Counted from the stretch's first letter, positions 28,334-37,344 are shown. The stretch is 41,863 nucleotides of DNA from a virus (IMGVR_UViG_3300033076_000919:1-41863); one strand, 5' to 3'. The notes: generated from the letters alone by a model not told the origin. Translations and numbers: made by a program.

Positions 28334-30123
28334 CGCTGCTTTCGCGGCGGGTTTGATTGGCGGGGTTGCGTGTAGGGCTCTGGTATCCATGGGGTGAACC
28401 TGTAGGCGGCTGAATCATAGTTGAGGGAGAACTTGCGAAAGTCTCCGATCATCCGGTCTTTCTCAACGGAAAGAATAGCGTCCGGTTCGTTGTCGCACGT
28501 TTCGCCGTCCTCAATTTTCCGCTCTTTCTCGATGTTCCGCCACATGACAAGCACGTTGTCTGCATTGTTTCGAATGTTTCCGCTTCCGGAAATATCCTGA
28601 GACCTTGGGGAAGCATCGCCAGCAGCCTTGCGAGGATGGGCGACAAGGTGAACGTGGCAACCAGTCTCACGGGCGAACGTCACCCCGCGAATAATGAATG
28701 ACGTTTGGCCGGGATAGTTCTCTTCCATGCCGTCAACGCGCATCAGGGAATCAATCACAATGTCCTTCACTCCATATCGGGCGTGAGCATAGGCCATCAG
28801 TTCAAAAAGCTCGTTCTCTGCGATGTGTCCGATGCGGTCATAAAACAGCAAATATCGGTCGAGGTGCTTTACTAGCTGTTGCAGTTTATCCTTGTTCTCC
28901 ACCGTCTGGAAATTGGCCTTCACGATGCGGTAAATGCACTCGGGGGGCATCGTTTCCAGCGAGACAATTAAAGCGGGCGCACCTTTAGCAAAGGCCAGCG
29001 TTGCCACCGCCATGTTCAACAGCGTGCTTTTCCCGTGGCCCGTGGTGCCCGTCCATACGGTCAACTCGCCATCCCGGAAGCGGAAAGTTTTCTGTTTGTT
29101 TTTGTGGCTGGTAATGTCGAGGGCGTGCCCCTCGCTATCCGCTTTACTGGGATACCATCGCTCGATCACGGCGTCCGTGTATTTGGACGCAGGCGCAAGG
29201 GATGGCATAGAAACGAACGCAGAGGCCTCTAGCCACGCTTTTGCCTCGTCGGCGGTATGTCCGGCCAACAGAGCGTCGTTTGCGTCCTTTTTTGGAAGCT
29301 TGACGATGCGGCATCGGTGTTTGCCAAGGCGGTTGATTGTCTCCCGCAAGTTCTCATCGCTCTTTCCGTCCATGTCGAACGAGAGATAAATCGTGTGGAA
29401 CGCTTCAAGGTTGTTCCATTCGTAGTCAATCCACGTCCGGCCCCCTCCGTTCGGAATGCTCACGGCGTCGATTCCCCACAGAGCCCAAGTCATGGCGTCA
29501 ATCTGCCCTTCGCAAATCAGAATCTCGCGCTTCTCCCACGCCTCGGGACTGATGCCTTGCCACCCCCACAGCGAAGGCGCGCAACCTTTATCCTGCCAAA
29601 CCTGCTTTTCAGCGGTCAACGTGCGGTAGGAGTGGTTAAGGAGTTCGCCGCTTGGCGAGTAGGATGGGAACACGATAGCCTTCTTTTCCGGCAGTCCTTT
29701 GACCTTGAAACGGTTGACGATAGCGGGCGGAATCTTCCGCTTTTCGGCAAGCCAGTTCATCGCGGCTCCGTTTGCGGTCAACTCGGGATGCGCGGCGGGA
29801 GGTTTGGAGTAGTTTCGTTCCGTTAGCGGTTCCTCGCGGATTCCCAAATACGTCTTTGCCTGTTGAACCGCTTCGGGAAGTGGGATGCCCTTCACGCTCG
29901 CCCAAAGGTCTAGCAGGTCGCCTTTCTCCACGTCTGCCCAATCTCTCCACCGTCCGGCGTGCGGACCTTCCAAATGCACCTTGAGGCTTTTCCCGGTGTG
30001 TCCGTTCGTTCCTCCGCATTCCAACATCTGGCCGTGAATCTTGCCAGCGGGCAGAAGCATTTTCGCAACGGCTTCCGCACTGGCAGAAAGACGTTGGCTG
30101 ATTTCCTTAACGGTTGTTCTCAC
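28330..30123 (-). CDS. DNA primase-helicase (TOPRIM + SF4 helicase, T7 gp4/Twinkle-like)
   Basis: ICEGQIDA, SIPNG, FD.D..., KDAND, Walker A TG.TGHGKST, IVIDSL, HLVAHPRK and DISGS. GTG start overlaps the upstream stop. Confidence 0.92.
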   Translation of the reverse strand: MRTTVKEISQRLSASAEAVAKMLLPAGKIHGQMLECGGTNGHTGKSLKVHLEGPHAGRWRDWADVEKGDLLDLWASVKGIPLPEAVQQAKTYLGIREEPLTERNYSKPPAAHPELTANGAAMNWLAEKRKIPPAIVNRFKVKGLPEKKAIVFPSYSPSGELLNHSYRTLTAEKQVWQDKGCAPSLWGWQGISPEAWEKREILICEGQIDAMTWALWGIDAVSIPNGGGRTWIDYEWNNLEAFHTIYLSFDMDGKSDENLRETINRLGKHRCRIVKLPKKDANDALLAGHTADEAKAWLEASAFVSMPSLAPASKYTDAVIERWYPSKADSEGHALDITSHKNKQKTFRFRDGELTVWTGTTGHGKSTLLNMAVATLAFAKGAPALIVSLETMPPECIYRIVKANFQTVENKDKLQQLVKHLDRYLLFYDRIGHIAENELFELMAYAHARYGVKDIVIDSLMRVDGMEENYPGQTSFIIRGVTFARETGCHVHLVAHPRKAAGDASPRSQDISGSGNIRNNADNVLVMWRNIEKERKIEDGETCDNEPDAILSVEKDRMIGDFRKFSLNYDSAAYRFTPWIPEPYTQPRQSNPPRKQR

Positions 30124-30911
30124 TCCTGTTCCTCCTTCATGCTCTCTTCCATCATCTGGGCAAGGCTCTTGCCTTCGAATTTGCCGGGGATGTCGCAATC
30201 GCGGAAAATGGGGCGGGCTGCGGGTTGCTTGTGTTGCGGATTCTGCCTTGGCTCAAAAATTCCCGTCCAACCGTTGCTAATGCTGTGGTCAATCGCGGCG
30301 ATAGCGCGGGCAACGCCCCATTGTTCCATAATGCGAATCTGCTTTTGCTCGGCCAATTCCGTCATGGGTTTTTTCTTCTGCTTTCTGTGGGTTTTAAACT
30401 CGCTCCATGCCGTCAAAAATTCAGGCGTTTTCAATGCGTCTGGAATTTCCGCCATGGTGGTATTCTTTTTAGATTCCAATGGTATTCTATTGGTATTCGG
30501 GGGAACAAGCTGTTCGCCCTTTAGTGGCAATCCGTTCGCCCTTTCGGCAATCCGTTCGCCCTTTAGTGTATCCCCGTTCGCCCTTTCTTCTTTCTCAAAG
30601 GACGAACATATAGTTCGCCCTTTCGATGGCTCCTGTTCGCCCTTTCTGGCATATTTCACAAGCCGATAATGGGTTGAATTTCCGCGTCCGTTTCCCTTTT
30701 CAACAATCTCCACCTCGCCCGCCAAAACGAGAGCATCCATAATCTTCTGAATGCCGCGTTCGGTCATCGCCGCATCGTGCGCCAAAGTTCGCTGGGATGG
30801 CCAGCAATCGCCCGTGTCGTCCGCGTAGTGCGCCAGCGCCATCATGACAGAGCGTCGTTGCCCTTTAATTGGGCAATTATCCATCACATTTCTCGTAACG
30901 GCATGGCTCAT
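30120..30911 (-). CDS. Replication initiator (N-terminal HTH, lambda O-like architecture)
   Basis: LA.YADD.G.CWPSQ.TLA and C-terminal W.EF..HR....KP...AIDHSI.NGW.G.F; contains internal iterons. Confidence 0.85.
   Translation of the reverse strand: MSHAVTRNVMDNCPIKGQRRSVMMALAHYADDTGDCWPSQRTLAHDAAMTERGIQKIMDALVLAGEVEIVEKGNGRGNSTHYRLVKYARKGEQEPSKGRTICSSFEKEERANGDTLKGERIAERANGLPLKGEQLVPPNTNRIPLESKKNTTMAEIPDALKTPEFLTAWSEFKTHRKQKKKPMTELAEQKQIRIMEQWGVARAIAAIDHSISNGWTGIFEPRQNPQHKQPAARPIFRDCDIPGKFEGKSLAQMMEESMKEEQE
30512..30645. repeat. Iterons of putative replication origin (6x GTTCGCCCTTT)
   Basis: Copies at 30512, 30534, 30554, 30576, 30613 and 30635. The adjacent AT-richer segment has GGTATTC x3 (30459-30498). 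Confidence 0.85.
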
Positions 30912-31441
30912 TCTGTCCTCCGTGCGCGCTCGACAATTCTCTCCTCAATGTGCGTCGGAACAAAAACCTTCCTCAAAAACTCGGGCGGTTCATCATTAAG
31001 CCGGAACCAGAACTCCCAAAGCGCCCGATGCATGACGATCAAGCAATCACCATGGCTGATGCGGTGGTCTTTGTGCCACTCATGAGGGTGGGCCTTGCTG
31101 ACAAACTCAGAAATCATTGTATGCAAGTCCGAGGTGTAGAATTCGTGCCCATAAAAGAAAAACGAGTCAGCCTCTTTTTCCCAATCTTGCAGGGATGACG
31201 GGTCTTCGTGTTTTTCTTCGTGGCATTCGTCGCATTGCACCTCGTAGCTCCAGTCTGGGTAAAGCCACGGCATTCTTCCCTTGGTGTAATAGCGATGATG
31301 CACATGAAGCTGCTTGCCGTCTTTTACGCCAGATCCGCAAGTGTCACACGACCATTGATGATTATTCAAAACCTCTAGGCGTTTCTTTTGCCATTGAGGG
31401 TCTTGGAGGAGTTGCCAGTAAGGCGTTTTAGTCTTGCTCAT
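30908..31441 (-). CDS. HNH endonuclease-like protein
   Basis: Y..LL.DP.WQKKRLE......C..CG...L.VHH..Y...PW.Y......C..CH...H. Confidence 0.85.
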   Translation of the reverse strand: MSKTKTPYWQLLQDPQWQKKRLEVLNNHQWSCDTCGSGVKDGKQLHVHHRYYTKGRMPWLYPDWSYEVQCDECHEEKHEDPSSLQDWEKEADSFFFYGHEFYTSDLHTMISEFVSKAHPHEWHKDHRISHGDCLIVMHRALWEFWFRLNDEPPEFLRKVFVPTHIEERIVERARRTE

Positions 31442-31580
31442 AAACAAAAAGAAGCCCCCGAAAAGCGGAGAGGAGAGAGAAAATGAGACCGGACGATGTA
31501 GCCGGATTCTCCTCCCCACTTTTCGAGGGCCGTTGATATGTATGCTTGTTCATCGTTTTTCTCGTTCTGGCACTTGCCAA
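31442..31580 (-). promoter_or_regulatory. Promoter plus long terminator/attenuator leader of the replication operon
   Basis: TTGGCA-17-AACGAT, then a 23-bp stem 31530-08/31476-54 (3 G-U on the - strand) followed by TTCTTTTTGTTT and the ATG. Confidence 0.65.
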
Positions 31581-31685
31581 GGGTTTCTCAGGCCCTTTGT
31601 CTTTCGACGTTCTCTTTCTAACTCAAACTCCGCATTGAGTCAATGTTAGTTTGCCACCAATCGGCCCGCTTTCTGGAGACTGGTT

Positions 31686-32018
31686 TCATTTGTCGTTTAC
31701 CTCGTAGCCGAACACATGGCAGAAGGCGCGGGCTCGTTGCGGGGCTGGCGCGGAAATCTCAGCGCATATCCCCCTTGTGAAGCGTTCAAGAAAAGCGGTG
31801 TATTTGGCCCAATCGTGGCCGTGCAGAACTGCTTCGGCCTTGTGCATCCAGAAAAGCGCCTCGCGGTCTTCGGGGTTGAAGTAGTCGGGGACATCCTCCC
31901 TGAGCGTTTCACCGGGAGGAGCGGCCCTCAGGCGAGACCCGTTTACTTCGATGAATTCACACCATCCCGCCTTCTCCGCGATGAACTCGCGGGCCTGCTG
32001 TTGCGTTAGCTCTTTCAC
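31686..32018 (-). CDS. Hypothetical phage protein
   Basis: GTG start overlapping the upstream stop; IAE..GW...PDY...A.A.QRA.AF pattern. Confidence 0.7.
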   Translation of the reverse strand: MKELTQQQAREFIAEKAGWCEFIEVNGSRLRAAPPGETLREDVPDYFNPEDREALFWMHKAEAVLHGHDWAKYTAFLERFTRGICAEISAPAPQRARAFCHVFGYEVNDK

Positions 32019-33190
32019 TTCTCCTCCTTCCATGCGGCGATGGCTGCGTCTGCAATGCTGCGGATATGGTCGCGCTCGAAAGCAGGGCCATACGAATCCC
32101 CGGAAGGCAATTCCCAGCGGCTTACGCGCCCCAGCACCTCCCCCAGCCTGTCCGCGAGTGCGCGGGCGGCGGTGAGTTGCTTCGTTAGAACCCGCACTTT
32201 TTGCTGCAATTCGGTAATGTCGTTGCGTTGCGAGCACACGTCTTCATCCAGTGCCTTCTGCCACTTCCGCGCCTCATCCCGCTCGCGAACCGCCTCTGCT
32301 TTCTCCCTGCGCATGTCCTCCACATCCTTCCGGTCAATCAGGTGGCGTGCTTCAAGGGTGGCCATGGTGTTTTGTGCCTCGGCGAGCTTTCCCTCAGTAT
32401 CCGCAAGCCGTGTCGCCAACTCAGCGCCGGACACGTTGAGGACTTGGTTTGACTTCTCCACCTCCGCAAGCTTGGCGCGGGCGTCGTCGCGCTCGGTTTT
32501 CAGTTTCTCCACAGCTCCCACAATGCCGGGGTATCCTTGGCCCTTCCCGTAGCCGCACAGGGCAAGCACTTGGTCAAAGAGCGCATGGCAGGATTCTCGC
32601 TCATGGATTGCCGACTGCAACTCCTTCAACGTCGCGGCCCCGGCGTCGGTGGCGAGGGCTGCGGTCACTTTTGCCCATGCCATGCCATAGCGCGAATCTG
32701 GATCAGGGTCGAATTTGCAGAAGGCACTATCACACTCCACCGCAGCCTCGCGCAAAGCCGCCGCGCCGGATTCGGAGGCGGCAAGCTTTTCTTCTGCGAC
32801 ATGGACGCGGTTTCGCCCAGCGTCGAGAAGCTCCATCAGCCCTTGAATGGCTCGATGCTCCACGCTCAGGTCGCAATGCGGAATGTTTGCAAGCTTGGTT
32901 TCAAACATCTCGATCAACTCCAGTTCCAAGGCAGAAAGCGCATGGAAATCTATGGCATGTTGCTGGAAATCCGCCTCCATTGCCTGTTCAAGCGGCGTAT
33001 GCGTCTCGCTCGCCTGGGGCGCTGCCGCGACTTCGGATAGCTTTTTGTCAATACAGGTAAGGCAGACGTAGCCGCCCATCTTGTCCACCCGCAGCGGGGT
33101 GTGCTTGTGCTTTCCGCATCCGGCGCAGTTTGTCGCCTGAGTGCTGGAATATGTGTAATCGGTGCAAGGTTTTGGATTGTCGGTGCTCAT
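32015..33190 (-). CDS. Coiled-coil phage protein with N-terminal Zn-binding motif
   Basis: CAGCG.HKHTPLR.D.MGGYVCLTCID followed by a long coiled coil. Confidence 0.75.
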   Translation of the reverse strand: MSTDNPKPCTDYTYSSTQATNCAGCGKHKHTPLRVDKMGGYVCLTCIDKKLSEVAAAPQASETHTPLEQAMEADFQQHAIDFHALSALELELIEMFETKLANIPHCDLSVEHRAIQGLMELLDAGRNRVHVAEEKLAASESGAAALREAAVECDSAFCKFDPDPDSRYGMAWAKVTAALATDAGAATLKELQSAIHERESCHALFDQVLALCGYGKGQGYPGIVGAVEKLKTERDDARAKLAEVEKSNQVLNVSGAELATRLADTEGKLAEAQNTMATLEARHLIDRKDVEDMRREKAEAVRERDEARKWQKALDEDVCSQRNDITELQQKVRVLTKQLTAARALADRLGEVLGRVSRWELPSGDSYGPAFERDHIRSIADAAIAAWKEEK

Positions 33191-33378
33191 TTGGGTTCTT
33201 TCTGGTTCAGTCTTTCAGTTAGTTCTCGTTTTGCTTTCTCGTATTCGAAGTGGTATTCCATGGCCTCCTCCTCGTTCTCAGGCTCGCCGTCCTGCTCGTA
33301 GGGGTTCGGCGGATCGGGCGGATACAGATACGGGTTTAGCGCATCCATTTGAGCAAAGGGTAAAGGACGCACATTCAT
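33187..33378 (-). CDS. Hypothetical protein
   Basis: ATGA overlaps. Confidence 0.6.
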   Translation of the reverse strand: MNVRPLPFAQMDALNPYLYPPDPPNPYEQDGEPENEEEAMEYHFEYEKAKRELTERLNQKEPK

Positions 33379-33779
33379 GGTAGTATAATCACGATTTCCG
33401 TGTGTTCTTCCTCGCCTTTGGCGGCTTTGCGCTGCGTGGTTTCGATTTTCGTTTGTGCTGGCGAGTCGTCAGGTATGAGCCCAGCGTATCGCAGGCAATC
33501 GACATGGTATTTCTCACAGAGTCCGTCTTCGTCTGCGAGTCGGCTGCGCACGCTCGTAACCCTGACAAGAATCCGGTTTGAAGCTGTTCCTTGAACTTCG
33601 CTCGCTGCCAATGGTGCATCGCTAGGATTGCGTTCCAGAGGGGCATTCTGCCGGGGATTTTGAGTGTGATTATCGTCATTCGCTGCGAGTAGAGATTTTG
33701 AGGCGTTCGGGAATAGTTGCCTGATTTGCAGGGTGTCGAGATTTGATTGGCCCTTCATTTCCTGCGTTTCTTTGCCCAC
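33375..33779 (-). CDS. RusA-like Holliday junction resolvase (catalytic C-terminal half)
   Basis: VRVTSVR.RL.DED.L..K..VDCLR.AGLIPDD...IE..Q; the start position is uncertain. Confidence 0.7.
   Translation of the reverse strand: MGKETQEMKGQSNLDTLQIRQLFPNASKSLLAANDDNHTQNPRQNAPLERNPSDAPLAASEVQGTASNRILVRVTSVRSRLADEDGLCEKYHVDCLRYAGLIPDDSPAQTKIETTQRKAAKGEEEHTEIVIILP
33389..33679 (-). CDS. Overlapping ORF resembling a RusA N-terminus
   Basis: MTIITLKIPGRMPLWN....MHHWQRAKFKEQ resembles the RusA-family N-terminal strand-P..N-HW..R.K helix. It is nested in another frame of 33375..33779. Confidence 0.45.
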   Translation of the reverse strand: MTIITLKIPGRMPLWNAILAMHHWQRAKFKEQLQTGFLSGLRACAADSQTKTDSVRNTMSIACDTLGSYLTTRQHKRKSKPRSAKPPKARKNTRKS

Positions 33780-33819
33780 AAGACCGCGAGGCCGAGGGCG
33801 ATTAGGGATAGGGTGGTCT

Positions 33820-34023
33820 TCATTCTGCGTTCCTCCCGAAGTTGCCGCGAAAGAACTCGCGGGCGGGGACTTGGCCGCGCTTCAAAAGGAAGGCGTCACA
33901 AGCGGCCCTTACGATTTCCGCGTTGCCTATCTCGTTGTTAATCGGGCGACGTGGGCGCGCTTCGATGCGTCCCGGTTTCCCAGTGAAACGGCGTTCAGTT
34001 GTAGGGTTTCGGTTTGTGCTCAT
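33820..34023 (-). CDS. Hypothetical protein
   Basis: ATGA coupling within the operon. Confidence 0.5.
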   Translation of the reverse strand: MSTNRNPTTERRFTGKPGRIEARPRRPINNEIGNAEIVRAACDAFLLKRGQVPAREFFRGNFGRNAE

Positions 34024-34319
34024 GCGTCTCCTTTCATGGCTGCGTCGATTGCGGCACGTAGGGTTGTCCCTTTGCCAAGTTTTGTAAGTTCCAGAACTTC
34101 GCGAACCTCATGCCATGTGTCTTTCTCATCGCACACGGCAACGAGTTCAGGGCGCTCAACCTCCAGCCAATCCAACCGTCGCGAGTCATCGTCTTTCGGC
34201 GCGGCGGCGGCGATGATGCGGGCGAGGACTTCGATATTGTCAAAGTCGGGGTCAAAGTCGGACGCACAGACCGCTTTCGCAGCCTCCAAAGCCCACGCGG
34301 GCGGGTTCTGGTCGCTCAT
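34020..34319 (-). CDS. Hypothetical phage protein
   Basis: DSRRLDWLE...TLRAAIDAAM, a common phage motif. Confidence 0.75.
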   Translation of the reverse strand: MSDQNPPAWALEAAKAVCASDFDPDFDNIEVLARIIAAAAPKDDDSRRLDWLEVERPELVAVCDEKDTWHEVREVLELTKLGKGTTLRAAIDAAMKGDA

Positions 34320-34549
34320 TTCGCGGCCCTCGCTTCCTTGATTCCGCACTCTCCGAAAACCTGCCAGATGTGTTCCTCAAGGGATAGCATCGGCCAATTC
34401 TCGGCATCATCGGACATGACTACGATGGGCTTTGATTTGATACTGCCTTTGCGCAGTCCGCCGACGATAAACAGCAGTTCGTCGCCAAGCTTTTTGATGA
34501 TTTCCGCCTCAGTGATAGCGGGCGGGTTTTCAGGTTCGGGTGTGCTCAT
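34316..34549 (-). CDS. Hypothetical protein
   Basis: ATGA overlaps. Confidence 0.6.
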   Translation of the reverse strand: MSTPEPENPPAITEAEIIKKLGDELLFIVGGLRKGSIKSKPIVVMSDDAENWPMLSLEEHIWQVFGECGIKEARAAK

Positions 34550-34794
34550 AGGTTATTGCGGTAAATGATGCGCGCCTTGTCCTCCATGCGGGCGACGCGC
34601 TCGGTTTGGATTTTCAGGGCTCGCTTGGCTTCGTGATAGTCATCGCTCCACTCAAGCTCGTAGTCGCGGCCTTCCTCTTCTGCCGCTTTCTCGGCTGCTT
34701 TGATTTCAGCCTCCATGCGCTCCAGCTTCCGGCGCTCGCGCTCAATCAGCGGCGGCTCTGATAGCATGTCTTGGGTTTGAAATAGTTCGGTCAT
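34546..34794 (-). CDS. Hypothetical coiled-coil protein
   Basis: Operon coupling; charged helical sequence. Confidence 0.6.
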   Translation of the reverse strand: MTELFQTQDMLSEPPLIERERRKLERMEAEIKAAEKAAEEEGRDYELEWSDDYHEAKRALKIQTERVARMEDKARIIYRNNL

Positions 34795-34798
34795 AGAT

Positions 34799-35194
34799 TT
34801 ACCAGTCGATGTTTATGGTGTGGTCGCCTGCGTCCAAAAGCCCCTTGGAGTGCAGGTCATTCGCCACGGTTTGAAGGTCTGGGTAAAAGTTCCGATTCCA
34901 CCAAAGATCGATTGCCCATTGTTCGTCTCGGCAATCTTCATCCTTTCCAAGCGGCTGCTTCGGGTCGCGTTCCAGCCATTTCGCAAACTTAACGCCCATC
35001 TCTGGGGCGTTGCAGATTTCTGGCACTGAATCTGCCATATCTGAATCGTTGTCTTCCGATGGAACGGTGATTCCGATATTTCCGCGCCCTTGGCACCCGT
35101 CCTGTTGTTGCAGGCAATACGGGCGTCCATAGGTTTTTTCGACAAGCTCATCCCAATCTTGGGACGCAATTACGTTTTTGGTTTTTAGTTTCAT
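34799..35194 (-). CDS. Hypothetical phage protein
   Basis: DWD.LV..TYGRPY..QQQDGC...WL.RDP...RNFYP...I.IDW; reads as a natural protein. Confidence 0.75.
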   Translation of the reverse strand: MKLKTKNVIASQDWDELVEKTYGRPYCLQQQDGCQGRGNIGITVPSEDNDSDMADSVPEICNAPEMGVKFAKWLERDPKQPLGKDEDCRDEQWAIDLWWNRNFYPDLQTVANDLHSKGLLDAGDHTINIDW

Positions 35195-35219
35195 AGGTTT
35201 ATGTTCGTAAAATTGTCAG

Positions 35220-35258
35220 GGTTCCCCGGCGCGCCCCCACAGCGCGCCGGGGTGTCCC
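35220..35258. terminator. GC-rich hairpin after the exonuclease gene
   Basis: CCCCGGCGCG/CGCGCCGGGG 10-bp stem with no strong U tract. Confidence 0.45.
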
Positions 35259-35266
35259 CTATGCAC

Positions 35267-35875
35267 TCAAAGTTTCAGTATCTTCATTGCCTCATCGAAT
35301 CGGGCGTAAAACGCGGTAAGCGCGGCCTGTATCTTCGCCATGATTGCCTCGTCTCGTTCCACTCGGAGCACGAACGGGGGAAGCTTGCGGCGGTAGCTCA
35401 CGAACATCCAATATGGGCGTCCGGTGACGAACATCGAGAAGTGGACTTGCACCGCGTAGTCCTTCGGAAGCGTGCCTTCCAACAGGTATTTTACGTGGTT
35501 CGTTGGCTGCGGGCATTTCAGTTCCAGCCCGCCATCCTCGTCCAAAAGCGCATCAGGCGAGCATCCGCATCGACCATCGTCGCCCTCTATAAAGCCGACT
35601 TGTCGAACCGTGTATTGATCATGCTCCAGCGCAAACCATGCACGGGCTTCCATTTCCAAGATTTCCCCATTCTCAGTGGCGAAAGTTGAGAATCCATCAA
35701 TCGGACGATTAAGCGCTTTTTCCGCAAGCTTCTTGGCCAGGTAGGTTTTTGGAGTCTCTCCTTTCCTGATTTCAAATTCAGGCGTTAGAATCTCCCCGGC
35801 TTCGCTGGCTGTGACTTTACAAAGCCTAGCGTTTAGCCATTCGCTTTGCCCCTGTGTGCATTCGTGAATCTTCAT
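35267..35875 (-). CDS. YqaJ/lambda-exonuclease family 5'-3' exonuclease
   Basis: QG..EW...R...TAS, G...E..AR, G.SPD.L, LELKCP and Y..QV...M.VTG. Confidence 0.93.
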   Translation of the reverse strand: MKIHECTQGQSEWLNARLCKVTASEAGEILTPEFEIRKGETPKTYLAKKLAEKALNRPIDGFSTFATENGEILEMEARAWFALEHDQYTVRQVGFIEGDDGRCGCSPDALLDEDGGLELKCPQPTNHVKYLLEGTLPKDYAVQVHFSMFVTGRPYWMFVSYRRKLPPFVLRVERDEAIMAKIQAALTAFYARFDEAMKILKL

Positions 35876-36612
35876 TTGCGCTTGCGGTTCAGCATGTCCG
35901 TGAGGTCGGCGAGTCGCGACGTGCTGACTTCCTCGAAAGAGGTGGCACCAGCGAACGCGAGGAACTTGGGCTTGTCCGCTCCGACTTCCTCGCACAGCGC
36001 ACGCAGGTCTGCCGCTTGGCTCGCGGTAATCGGTGCTCCTTCGTGGCGGGCATCGCGCTCGCCTGCGTCGGTGTCCTTCTCGACAACGATGTTCAGCGCA
36101 TTGCACAGCGCAAACCGCTTGGCGTAGGTAGTGGCGGCTCCGTCGCCCTGGGCCTCGCTGGACTTTGGCGGGCCGCTTCCGATGCGGCACGCGAACTTGT
36201 TCGACCGTGAATGCCCGCTGATGTGCATCAGGGTGCAGGTAGCAATCACGCGACCGTCTGCAATGTCGGTGTCAAACGTCACGGAAAACCCGTTGTCAGC
36301 GAGCAACGGCGCAACCTGCCGCATGATTTCCTCGTAAGGCGCAAACGAGTAGCGAATGTTTCCGCTATTGTCCGGCACGTCTTTCGATGCACGAACCGGG
36401 GCGCACGCCGATTGCAGGCGGGTGAATGCCGATGCGAAATCGCGCTTGGCTTCGTGCTCTTGAACCTCGCGTTGCATCGCTAGGAGTTCTTTGACGACCG
36501 CGACATTCTCCGCTGTGACGCCTCCCTGAACGGCGGCTTGCAGGATGTGGGCGATTGATGGTGCCTGCATGAGTGCGGGCTTCTGGTCGGTGGTTGTGGT
36601 GAGTTGGTTCAT
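35872..36612 (-). CDS. erf: ERF-family ssDNA annealing protein
   Basis: Y.FA..E.I...V.P.L..NG, L.H.SG and Q..GAA.TYAKR..L. Confidence 0.88.
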   Translation of the reverse strand: MNQLTTTTDQKPALMQAPSIAHILQAAVQGGVTAENVAVVKELLAMQREVQEHEAKRDFASAFTRLQSACAPVRASKDVPDNSGNIRYSFAPYEEIMRQVAPLLADNGFSVTFDTDIADGRVIATCTLMHISGHSRSNKFACRIGSGPPKSSEAQGDGAATTYAKRFALCNALNIVVEKDTDAGERDARHEGAPITASQAADLRALCEEVGADKPKFLAFAGATSFEEVSTSRLADLTDMLNRKRK

Positions 36613-36986
36613 ACGAATGATTGGATAGAGGCGAGGGCGGGGAGAAGAATTGGGAACAGGATGGCGAAGGGGATCTCGTCAGGTTGCGCATCAAGGTTAG
36701 GATCAGCGGGCGGTCTATGCGCTCGGGATGGCTGTTGCTGGCGCGCTGTGGGCCTCTGCGGCGCTTCATCCTCCGGCATGGTCATATTACCGATGTATGG
36801 CGGTTTATCGCCTGCCTCGCGTGCCTCCTTGGGAATGTCCTGTTGGATGCGGTGGGTGTCGCCGTATTCGCTCGGGCGGTCGTTCTCCCACGCCACGCAG
36901 TTGAGATAAGTTCCGTTCTTTCCTTTGAAAAGGTGGCGTTTGTCGATTTTCGACACGTCGATTTTGATTTTGATGGGTTTTCGCAT
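36609..36986 (-). CDS. Phage SSB-like protein
   Basis: IDVSKIDK..LF.GK.G.YL...YG....Q...KE.RE....PYIGN; acidic DEIPF motif near the C-terminus. Confidence 0.8.
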   Translation of the reverse strand: MRKPIKIKIDVSKIDKRHLFKGKNGTYLNCVAWENDRPSEYGDTHRIQQDIPKEAREAGDKPPYIGNMTMPEDEAPQRPTARQQQPSRAHRPPADPNLDAQPDEIPFAILFPILLPALASIQSFV

Positions 36987-37111
36987 GATGTGTTTTTCTG
37001 AAAGGTTAACCCGAGCCGCTCGTTTCTCCGGTTCCACTTCTGTGGGCCAGAGTGCGGCTTCGGGGTTTTCCGCGTGGCGATTAAATCCCAAAAGTCACGC
37101 GGGAAAGTGGT

Positions 37112-37234
37112 TTAGTGGTTGGATGGGAGCGCAAAAGCGGCAATCACTGCAACACACGCGGCAGCGTCAGCGTGCCCCATTATGGCGGCAATCATGGCTC
37201 CAATTGCGAGAATCGAGGAAGGTGCGTATTTCAT
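37112..37234 (-). CDS. Small hydrophobic protein (40 aa)
   Basis: MKYAPSSILAIGAMIAAIMG...; ATGA coupling. Confidence 0.45.
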   Translation of the reverse strand: MKYAPSSILAIGAMIAAIMGHADAAACVAVIAAFALPSNH

Positions 37235-37344
37235 TTGGCATCCTTTGCCATCCGCGCAAATCGGCGTTGCCTAGCATCCCAAGCGATGACGTGGCCGCAC
37301 AGCCACAGGATTACGGCGAGCATAGTGAAGAAAAACGCGGTCAT
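37231..37344 (-). CDS. Small membrane protein (37 aa)
   Basis: MTAFFFTMLAVILWLCG...; ATGA overlaps. Confidence 0.5.
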   Translation of the reverse strand: MTAFFFTMLAVILWLCGHVIAWDARQRRFARMAKDAK

